A model generated the notes under the pieces. The model had not been told where the DNA came from. It did no database searches and was given only the letters and a program-made list of their open reading frames with translations. A stretch of 64,000 bases of DNA from Rebecca billardiae RCC1528 (Eukaryota; Protista; Haptophyta): contig OZ251234.1 of assembly GCA_965240325.2 (NCBI GenBank), positions 186,001 through 250,000 on the forward strand. The letters run 5' to 3'. Below, in pieces: positions 38,201-48,392 of this stretch. How positions within the stretch are numbered: the stretch's first letter is position 1; the number at the start of each line of letters is the position of its first letter. A program made the translations under genes and the position numbers.

Positions 38201-41200
38201 ACTGCCGCCGCGCCGCTGCAGTCAGTGCCGCTGCCGCCGCGTGCCGCGAGGCAGCCCCCGTCCTCAACCTCCGTCACAGCAGCAGCAGCCACTTCAGCTG
38301 TGCCGCCGCCGCCGCCGCCGTTGCACGCAGCACTGCTGCCACCACAACTGCAGCTTGCAGCACCTGCTGATGGCTGCTCTGCAGGTCCAGCTGGCACGAC
38401 TGCAGGCCGTTCAGCAGCAAATCGCTTAGACTCGGGGTCGCTGCTGTCCAGGTTCTTCATCGTCAGGCTGCTGGTGCTGTTGCCGACACTGATGAGTCGT
38501 GGATGGTGATATACACCAGAGGCCCATTTTGACCACATGCTCACCGTTGCTGGTGCGCAATCGCCATCGTCTGAGTACAGTGCCCTCAACAATTGATTAA
38601 ACTTATTGTGTTTGACATACTGTTTATTATAATACCATCAGCTCTATCACTGCTCATGCCCACTGCTGCATGCTATCTGTCACTGCGCGTATAGCCCTTA
38701 CAGACCAGGTGGGTATATAAGCTGCATGGGCGGGTGATGTGTGGGCTCAGGCCCGTCAGGGCTGAGTCAGTCAGTAGAGAAATTGATGAGTGCTCAGGTA
38801 GTGCACAACCTGCTGACAGTGGGCAGGTGCTGTGAGGGGGCGCTGTACCACCACGATGGCAGGCAGGGATGGAAATAATCCACCCGGGCCCTGGCGCTGC
38901 AGCTGCATGGCCTTTGATACTGCCTAGCAGCCAGCCTAGCACTACAGCCTAGGGCCTGAGCAGTGCTACTTCAGTGCGCAGGCCACGTCTCTGCAGGGGT
39001 TGGTGGGGCGGAATGGCCCGGCCACAGTGCACTAGATGCACCTAGCCTGCCAGTGGCCCACCTGCTGATTGTTGTGTATGCCCTGTCGCACAGCACATAA
39101 GGCTCAGACGAAAATCAGCGGCGCACTGTGCTACTCTACACTCTGGGCTGAAAGAGGTGTGGGAGCCAACGGTCACGTCCGAGCTGGCCGGCTTCACATG
39201 CTGCCCAGAGGAGTCCTCCAATAGTCATCAACCCGGCTGACGTCATGATGCGTGGGTGGCTGGGTGCAGCTCGACCGAATGGAGAGTGCCTTAGCCGCAG
39301 GCGGTGTCCGTCATGCAAGCCTAGGCAGCCAGGAGTAGGTGTAGTGATGTGCAGGTGTGCTCTCCAGAGGGTAATCAATTGTTGAGAGGACTGTAGGTGC
39401 TCTTGCGGTAGCACATTGCGGGGATGGAAGGCAGCAAACGTGCGTTCATCAGCGGTGGGAAATGCAGTCAGCAGCTGCTGCCCCACATATGCTGCTCCAA
39501 ATGGGCTCTCTGGCTCAGCGCAGCTGAGCGCCAGGCTCCACCACTCCATGCTGCCAGCTGCACTGCACTGCAGTCCGAGCCAACATGAGGCATGCACAGC
39601 TGGTCGTCGTTCCTGTGGCCCACTCGAAAGTGGTCCCGCTTGAGACGCTTGCTCAGCTCTGCAGGAAGTGCACCACCCCTCACAAGCGACCGCTTAACTG
39701 CGTGCACCAACCGTCCAACGCCCGCAGCTGAGCCCACACCTTCAGGGCTGACTTGGCCTTGGCTGATGGCACAAGCACACAGTGCTGCTTCTGCACTTGA
39801 TTGAATGCCCTTGCAGCCTCCTGTTGCACAACATCGACGCCATCTGCTCTGCAGGCGAGCTCCACTGAAGTCAACGAGTCCACAGCAGAGTAGCCAACAG
39901 CCTTGAAGTGGGGCCCGCCTGCCTGCGTCCTCACAAACTATAGTGCCACCTCAGACTCACCAGCTGCACCAAATGAGAATGCATGCATGGCTTGTCTACA
40001 TTTCCCTGCCTCAGTCCCATGCGATTGCGGCGCGTCCACGGGGCGCACGGCTGCGCGCCCCGCGCGGGCCACGCGCGCTGTCGCCCGCCGAGCCGCGCAT
40101 CACCGCCACCATTACGCAATGCGCACAGCCCTGTGGGGCCGCAGCGCCGCAGCACGGCCGTGCGTGCGCGCAATTGCGGCGCGTTCACGGAGCGCGCGGC
40201 TGCGCGCCTCGCAAGGGCCACGCGCGTCGCCACCCACCGCGTACACTGCCACGGGGCGGTGCGCGCAACCCGGCGCGCGCCACCACCGCGCCGCGCCGCC
40301 GCCCTGCTTTCGCATGTGACGGCGCGATGGTGGCGCTGTGCGAGCGCCATGCACGGCGGCGGCACGCGACATGGCGCGCACGGCCGTGCTGAGTCTGCGC
40401 CCACTGACACACGGCCTGCACTCGCGCGTGCGCGCGAGCCGCGCACGTCCAACGCAGCGTGCCGGCCTGCTCGCCGGCCTTCTCGCCCGCGGCGAAGGCG
40501 CGAAAAGTTTTCGGCCGCACGGCCGACTGCCACCAACGGGCCCAAATTTGGGCTGGAGTGCCACCAACGGTACCCGCCACCAACGGTACCAATTTTTCGG
40601 CGAAGTGCCACCAACGGTACTTTTCCCTTGTTGAATACAGACTTACCCGCGTGCCCGCGGTGCGGCGGCGGCGTGGCGGCGGCGTGGCGCCGGCGGCGGC
40701 GGCGCGGGCAGCCTGACGGGCCAGATAGGGCGCGCCAGGTCGGGGCGATCGTGATGGGATGGTTCTATACGCACCAGCGCGTGCTCCTGTGCATCTCAAG
40801 AGCGCGCTGGGCGCCCTCTCTCGCGCCTATGCCCATCCCACACGGTCTGAGAAGCCTCTGGTTGGACACCGTTGGCTGCGCGCTCGGTCGTGGCTGCCCG
40901 GCGGGTCGGAGAGGTCGAGGCGAGCCGGGTCGTTCGCGACGGACGATGCCTATGGATCATGGCGAGTGCCAGCACGCAGCTCGGGCGCGCGCCCGGCGCC
41001 TCCTCGCCGCGCTACATCCACACCAAGATCTGGCCCAAAAACAGGCTTCAAGAGCGAAAGTCAGTCTGGGAGCTGCTCAGGCCGCTGTGTGCGGTTTGGC
41101 GTACCGCAAACTTGTGGAGCGGGTGCCCACATGGGTTGGGCACAATGCTACAGAACGTTTTTCCGCGAAACACCACTTCCTCGCCTCTCCGCGCGCGTGC

Positions 41201-41561
41201 CGCGCGGCCCCCGTGAACTCATCTCAACAGGTCACGTGTGGCCGCCAGTGGGGCGAGGGTGGGCGAGGAGGGGCGGGGGAGGGTGACGCCGCCCCAGGAA
41301 ACCGCCTTGGCAAGCCGGCCGACGCCTCGCAGCCCCCCTCGCGGCAGTCATGCGCGCACGCCCGCCGCTCGGAGCGCGCCATCGATTCGAATGGGCGTGC
41401 GCACGACCGACCATGCTCAAACGGCTTCCGGCGCCCGATCTTTCTCCACTGTGGCGGCGCGAAGTGCCGCGAACGGGGCATGAAAAAAATTCCAGCGCAT
41501 CCCCACTGGGCGGAAGTGCGGACAGGTTACGGTGACGGCTAAAATCGATTTGTTTACTGTG
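35297..41561. mobile_element. CACAG-ended (CMC/EnSpm-like) non-autonomous element, 2-bp TSD CA, hosting a nested insertion
   Basis: Ends CACAGTGAACAAA / TTTGTTTACTGTG. A perfect 19-bp inverted block CGTCACCGTAACCTGTCCG lies exactly 24 bp inside each end. CA flanks both sides. Confidence 0.72.
36416..40627. mobile_element. Nested element with ~600-bp TIRs and 8-bp TSD (Mutator/foldback-like)
   Basis: TIRs 36416-~37015 and ~40027-40627 (GGGAAAAGTACCGTTGGTGGC...), near-identical. TSD TTGTTGAA at 36408-36415 and 40628-40635. Confidence 0.9.
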
Positions 41562-41663
41562 CATGCTCCGTACAGCAGCCGGCCCTGGCGCGGAGTCATC
41601 GCGGCACCGACTCGGACCGTCGGACTGCTGTTACTGTGAGTCGTAGTCGCCAGATGGCGCGAG

Positions 41664-44600
41664 CTAAGCCGTCGCCATCGCGGCCGTCGCCGCGGCGCTG
41701 GGGTCGGCCGCGCCCGCTGCGCCGCCGCCGGTGGCCGCCGCCCTCGCCGCCGCGCCCGAGCCCGCGCCCGCGCCGCCGCCGCCCGGCGCGGCCGACGGCG
41801 TGCCGCCGAGCGCTGCGACGAGCGCGCCGAGCTCGGCGCGCAGCGTGGCCACCTCGCGCCGCACGAGCTGCAGCTCGGACGCGCCCACGTCCGCCTGCGC
41901 CTTCTCCGCCTCGTCGCGCGCCGCCGCGGCGCCGACGCGCGCGTGGTCCTCGTGCGCGCGCGCGTGCGACGCGAGCTCGTCTGCGAGCGCGGCGACGCCG
42001 CCGCCGAGCGTCACGTGCGCTGGCTGCTTGCTCGCGATCACGAAGATGCGGTCGCCGCGCTCGATCACGTCGTCGCGGCGCGGCGCGACGTACACGTACG
42101 CGCGCCGGCCCGAGTGCCGCTTGTACAGCCCGATGGCGAGGAGGCCGGAGCCGTCCTCGCCCAGCCGCGCGGCACGGCCGCCCGGCGGCGCCGCGCTGCC
42201 CGTCGGCGCGGCGCCCGAACCCCCGGCGAGCAACGTCTCGAACGCGTGCGCGAACGTGGCGCCGAGCAGCTGCGGCGGCGGCTGCACGAGCTGCAGGAAG
42301 GCGTGCGAGTCCGACGGGCTGAGCAGCACCTCGAGCAGCGCCAGCAGCTCGGGCACGAAGTAGAGGTGGCACAGCAGCGGGTAGAACATCGAGTCCGTGA
42401 ACACCGAGCCTGCCGCGTACGCTGGAGCGTCCAGATGCGAGCCGAGCTCGGAGGAGGAGGGCCACCACTCGGAGTGGTCGACCAGCCGGATCGCACCCGC
42501 CTCCTGCACCTCAGTCACCAGCCGGAAGGGCGGCGCGGACGCGGAGGAGGACGCGGACGCGCGGCCGCTCGCGCTCGCGCCGTCCGCCGCCGGGCTGGCG
42601 AGGCGCGCGCTGCTCGGCGCGCGCTGCTCGGAGGTCGGTTGGCGCCGCGCGCGCTCTCTCTCCGCCTGCCGCCGCAGCCGCAGGATGTGCACCTTGGCGG
42701 TGGCGATGACCTGCGTCGAATCGGACGGCTCCATCTCGGGCGACGAGATGCCGCCGTGCCCGCCGTGCCCGCCGTGCCCGCCGCCGCCGCCGCCCTCTGC
42801 GCGCCTCTGCGCCGCGCGCCGTGTGCCAAACGCCTCTGGCGTGGAGAAGAGGACACACCCGCTCGCCTCGAAGATGCCCGCGCGCACGAGGTCGGCGGAG
42901 ACCAGCGCGGAGCCGCGGACGTAGAAGGCGCGCGGGAACTGCGCGAGCAGCGACATGGCGCTCGGCGCCTCGGGCGGCGCGCTCGCGAGCACCGCGGCCG
43001 AGAGCCCCGGCTGCGACTCGAAGAGATGCGAGAGAAACAGGCCGAGGTCGCGCGGCCAGCCGCAGATCACGACGTGCGGCGGCGGCGGGTGCTGCGCCGA
43101 CGCGCCGCCCGCGCCGGCGGCGGCGGCGCCGGCCGCGGGCGCGACGCGCCCCCAGCCGCCGAACGGCCCGGCCGGCCCGGCGGCGGGCGGCGGGCTGCCG
43201 CGCTCCGAGACCTCCGCCTCCGCGCGCGCGGCCGCCTCTGCGAGCAGCCGCGCGCGCCGCTCGAGGTACGGCCGAAGGTCCGACACGCGCACGTCTGCCG
43301 CCGTGCGCGGCGGCGCGGCGGCGCGGCCGCCGGGCGAGGTGGCGGGCGCGGGTGCGGGCGCGCGCCTGCGCAGCAGCCCGCTCAGAGGCGGCGAGGCCGA
43401 GCGAGCGCCGCCGCCGCCGCCGCTGCCGCCATCGCCGCCGCCATCGCCGCCGCCGCCGGTGGCGGTAGTGGCGCCGCCGCCGCCCCCGCTGAGCCCGCGC
43501 GAGAGGCCAGCCCGGGAGAGCGCGCCCAGCCCCAGCGTGTCGAGCGCGGCGCGCATCGGCCCGGGCTCAGCCGCGCCGGGCTGCGGCGCGGCGGCGCCGT
43601 CCGCGTGCGCGGCCGGCGCGTCCGGCTCGTCCGCCGCCCCGCCGCCCTGCGCGCGCGGCGGCATGCCGACCTCCTCCAGCATGCGCATGTACCGCTCGAG
43701 CGCGCGCTTGGACGGCGCGAGGAAGAAACCGTCGGTGTGCCCGCCCGCCAGCCTGCGCGCGCGCTGCGTGAGGTGGATCTGGCCGCGCGTCGCGCGGCCG
43801 CTCACGCCGAGCAGGATGATGTTGAACCACTGGTACAGCAGCAGCGCCACCTCCGCGAACGTGTACCCGTCCACGGCGGGCGGCAGCGGCACGCGGTAGA
43901 TCTGAAAGTCGAGCCTGCCCGTGCGGCCGGCCGGAAGGGCGGAAGGGCGGAAGGGCGGCACGCACGGGGCGGGGCGTGCTGTGGGCGTGTGTGCGCGCGC
44001 GCGCGTGCGCGGTGCAGCCGGCGGCGGTGGGGTGCCGCGCGCGCGTCGAGGGCAACGACGACGCCGCGCGCCGCTCCGCGCGGGCGCGCCTCACCCGCGG
44101 TGGTAGGTTGTGCGCCACGCGTGCTCCGCGCCTGACGCGTCGTTGTTGCCCACCACCTTTGGCGCGTACAGCAGGTTGGAGAGGAGCGTGGCGCAGCCCT
44201 GGCACGTGGTGAGCGAGCGCGCGATCGCGCGCATCTTGAGCGTGGAGAGGTACACCTGGTTGGCCACGCCCATGCCTGCGCGGCGCGCCGAGCGCGCGCG
44301 CCGGCGCGGATGAGCGCGCGCGCCGCGCCGGCCGCGCCGCGCGGCGCCGCTCGGCGCGCGCCGCGCGCCGCGCGCCGCGCAGGCCGCCGCACCGGTGAGC
44401 AGCAGCCGGTTGGTCGTGTAGTGCGACTGGACAAAGACGGTGGGCAGCACAGGCAGCACCGCCCCCTCCGCCGGCCCCGCCGCCGCATCCGCCACGCCGC
44501 CCCCACCGCCCCCGCCCCCGCCGCCGTCCGCGAACGCCATGAACTTTTTGACGCCCACGACGCGCGTCACGGTGTCAAGGTCCGCGCGGCCGCGCTGCGT

Positions 44601-46997
44601 GTGCTCCGACACGTCCGACGAGACGAAGACGGCCTTGGCGCCGACGATGGCGTCGACGAAGGCCTCGGCGCGCGACGAGGCCACGTCGCCCTGCACGATG
44701 CACAGCCTCGCGCGCGAGATCCCCAGCGCCTCCACCAGCGCCTCGGGCTCGTAGCTCAGCGCGGGCCTTGGCGTGAGCAGCACGACCTTGGTCAGCTCCT
44801 CAGAGCCGCCGCCCAGCTCGACAAAAGTGGCGAGGAAGTAGCGCAGCTGCTGCGCGGAGAGCGGGCCGCAGAGCAGCACGTGGCGCGGCTCGCCCGGCCG
44901 CGGCAGCTGGCCGAAGCGCAGCCGGTCCTCCGCCAGCGCCGCCGCGAGCGCGCCGAACTGGCGCGGCAGCCAGCCGATGGTGAGCGCGATCGCGCCGATC
45001 GCAAACGCGCGCGAGAGCGAGGAGAGCGGGACAAAGTCGCCGTACCCGACGGTGGACATGGTGACGACGGCGAAGTAGACGTACGGGAAGAAGGCGCTCC
45101 ACGCGGCGGGCTCGTCCGTGTGCAGCGCGGGCGCCTCCTCGTTGAACACCGCCCCCGCGAACGAGAGCATGATCGAGAGGATGCCGAGACCGATCGCGAT
45201 CGCGCGCAGCTTGGCCGCGCTCAGCGAGTCGCCAAACACGGACCTGAAGATGGGCTGCAGCCCGTACAGCCGGAGGAAGCGGAGCCAGCCGAACTGGATG
45301 AGGAAGGTGGAGGCGTTGGCCTCGTAGAACGGCCGCGCGACGAAGTACAGCGCCACCTGCAGCCCGGGCATCGTGAGCAGGTCCACCGTCGACGCGAGTG
45401 AGGCGACGTACTTGAGCTTGTCGCGCGCGCCCAGCAGCTCTGCGCAGTACTCGAGGGTAAGCATCCAGAGGAACACCGCCTCGATGTCGTAGTGCCAGAC
45501 GGGGACGTCGTGCACGTGCCACGGGTGGCGGCAGCGCAGCGCGAGGCCCGACTCGTCGCGCAGGCACGGCCGCTCCCGGGTGATGAAGCTCGTCACCTGC
45601 ACCCACACGCCGCACCACAGCACGGTGCGCAGCATGCGTGACAGCTGGAACGCTCCGCGCCCGCCGCCCGAGCCGCGCTGCGCGAGCTCGAGCGCGCACG
45701 AGGCCGAGTCGGCGAGGCCGAGGCCGAGCGTGCTCAGCGCGCCCGCGACGAGCGCCGCGCACGACGACGCCGCCCCGCCCACGCCCGCCGTGCCGCCGCT
45801 CGCCGTGCTCAGCACGGGCGGCGGCGGCGGCGTGCCGAGACCGCCGCGCCCGCTGCCGCGCGCGCTGCCGCGCCCGCTGTCGCGCCCACTGCGCGCGCCC
45901 GAGCTCTCGTCCGCCGAGCCGCCGGCCACGCCGCCGCCCGCGGGGCGCGCGGCGGCGCTGCCGCCGCCGAGGGCACCGCCGAGCCGCCCGCGCGCCGACG
46001 CGCGCGCCGGCGAGGCCGGCAGCGAGCTCGCGCGCTCGAGCGCCGCGCCCGACCCGGCGGCGAGTGACGGGCTGCCGCGCGCCGAGTGCGCCGCCAAGCC
46101 GCTGCCGGCCGGCGCGTGCAGCGCGTCCGCGCCCGAGATCGAGCGGCGGTAGCCCATCGCCGCGCCGACCTGCGCGCGCGCGCGCTGCCTGCCCAGGTCG
46201 CGGAGCAGCCGCTCCGCCTCGCGCTCCGCCATCACCGCGTCGCCCGCGCGCGAGCCCTGCCGCACGAGCCCGAGTGCAGACAGGCGCTTTTGCGGCGGCG
46301 CGGCGGGCGCGCGCGGCTGCGCGGCAAACGAGCCGCCCTGCTCCGGCCACGCGCCGAGGGAGGCGGGCGCGGCGCCGCCGAGGGCGAGCTGCTGGCGCGT
46401 GAGCGCGCGCGGCACCTGCGTCACCAGCGCGGAGAGCACGTTGAGCACCAGGATCAGCAGCGCGTGCGCACCCAGCGCGATGGCCAGATAGACGAGCACG
46501 CCGCGCTGCCCGCGGAACGTGCCGCCAAACGGCGCAAAGTCCGCCTCGTCCTCGCCGGACTCCTCGGCGGACCAGCGCTCGACGACGACGAGCATCGGGT
46601 GCGCGCCGATCAGCGCGGCGAGCAGCAGCGGCATCAGCACCCAGCGCTCCAGCCACTTCCACTGCTCGTGCCGCGCGACAGACGGCCGGTCGGTCGCCCA
46701 TTCGTACGCCTGCGGCGGGAGCGAGCCGTTGCGGAGCGCGGGGGCGGCGAGCGTGTCGCCGTGCGAGAGGCGCTGGTGGCGGGCGACGGCCTCGTCCACC
46801 CCGCCCAGCCGCACGCTCGACACCGTCGCCATCCGGTCGATGCTCACCTTGTGCGGCGGGCTGGCCGGCGCAAACGGCCGGTGGCCGTCGGCCGCGCCCG
46901 CCGCGGCCGCGCCGCCGAGGCTCTTCGGCGGCGGCGAGGTTGGCACGCCATCGTCACGCCACAGCGGCGAGGGTGCGCGCCGACCCCACAGCTGCAT
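41664..46997 (-). CDS. Slo/BK-family K+ channel with tandem RCK domains; introns 44276-44392 and 43915-44094
   Basis: Pore YFAVVTMSTVGYGDFVP, S4 FGWLRFLRL, RCK1 HVLLCG, spliced YHRG|LDFQIY, RCK2 HVVICGW, YVRGSAL..DLVRAGI, AYAAGSVF, LLAIGLYK, YVYVAP. Confidence 0.9.
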
Positions 46998-47132
46998 CTC
47001 GGCCGCGCGCGGCGCCGCGCGAGGCTGGTTGTGCGGGGTCGCGCTGCTGCGGTGGGCGCCGCTTTCGCACCGGCCGCTGCCTCCGCGATGCCGCGGGGCC
47101 CGACGCGCCTCGGCCGGCCGGCCTTTCAAACC

Positions 47133-48083
47133 ATGGGGGCGGCCCGCGGCGCGGAGCTCGAGGCGTGGGGCCACGCGAGCGACGTGCCCCCGCTGATCGA
47201 GCGCAAGCTCGCGCACCTGCGCGGGCAGCAGCGCCTCGCCGCGGCCGCACAGGTCCCCGACGACGTGCTCGACACGCTCGCCGAGCGCCTGCGCCTGCAG
47301 CGCTCGCGGCTGCCCGCCTCGTGCCCGGCCGAGGCGCTCGAGACGCTGCCTGAGCTCTCGGCGGCGGAGGCGGAGCGCCGCGCCGTGTGCGCACTGATCG
47401 AGCGCAACGCGAGCCTCGCCGCTGCGCACCAAGCCGTGCTCGCCCGGCGCGAGCGCCGCGTCGACGCGCATGCCGCAGACCTGCCGCAGCTGATCGCAGC
47501 GCTCGCGCCGCACGTGCTCCGCAACCAGCCGGCGGCCGAGTCGAGCCTGACGCTGCCGCGCCGGGACGAGACGACGGCGCGCGACGCGCAGCTCCGGCTG
47601 GAGCAGTCGCGCCTCCTGCGCGCGCGCGCGAGCGGCCTCCTGGACGCGGCCAGCGCGGCGGCTGCCCCCTCGGCCGAGGGCGAGCAGCCGCACGACGGCG
47701 CGCGCGCCGATCACGCCGCGGCTGCGGCCGGGTGGGAGGAGGCGGAGGGCTCGGGCGGCACGCCGCCGCGTGCAGGGCGGGCGATGGACGCGCCGGACCA
47801 CCCGCTCGACGAGGCGGGCTGGGCGAACGCCAACGAGCTCGCGGCGGGCGTGGTCACTGCCTCGCAGGCCGTGCGCGCGCTCTGTGAGCAGCTCCTCGGG
47901 CCCGCCCTGGGCCCAGCAGCAGCGGGCGCGCACGGCAGCGGCGCGGACGGCGGCGCGGACGTGGACGCGGGCACGGGTGGGGCCATGGGCGCGGAGCGGC
48001 CCGACGGGGGCGACGGGGGAACGTCCCTGGCGCAGCCGGTTGGTACGGCAGAGCCGCGCCGGATGCCTGATCCTCGCGCATGA
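47133..48083 (+). CDS. Hypothetical helical protein (316 aa)
   Basis: ATG in AAACCATGG context, coding-like codon usage, head-to-head with the K+ channel; no recognised motif. Confidence 0.55.
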   Translation: MGAARGAELEAWGHASDVPPLIERKLAHLRGQQRLAAAAQVPDDVLDTLAERLRLQRSRLPASCPAEALETLPELSAAEAERRAVCALIERNASLAAAHQAVLARRERRVDAHAADLPQLIAALAPHVLRNQPAAESSLTLPRRDETTARDAQLRLEQSRLLRARASGLLDAASAAAAPSAEGEQPHDGARADHAAAAAGWEEAEGSGGTPPRAGRAMDAPDHPLDEAGWANANELAAGVVTASQAVRALCEQLLGPALGPAAAGAHGSGADGGADVDAGTGGAMGAERPDGGDGGTSLAQPVGTAEPRRMPDPRA

Positions 48084-48392
48084 CCGACGGCGCGGTCCGA
48101 CGGCCGGCGGCTGATGCGAGCCATCGTACTGTAATGTCATCAGCGCAAGATCGACATCTAATGCTGACCACACGTGGATGCGCGGTAGCCGCGCCGCAGT
48201 CACACCTGCCGAAGCCGCAGCTGAGGCTTCAGGCAACACGGTGTACTAAGCTGAGCTCGCGGCCTGCAGTGTGAGTGGCGCCATCATTCCGAGAGCTCGT
48301 CGGCTCAACTTTCCGCCCGCCGGCTTGATCGTCTCGATCGCGAGTCGCGATCTGGCGCCTCCAGCCGGCTCGGTGGGCGCGGGCGTATTTTG

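Noticed and set aside
39950-40010. KPCMH as a SWIM-finger remnant of a MULE transposase
   Set aside because: Too short and degenerate; no DDE motifs recognisable by eye.
44091-48239. 1382-aa ORF as the real channel start
   Set aside because: The first ~410 aa are antisense to the 47133-48083 gene; the plausible start is MQLWGRR at 46997.
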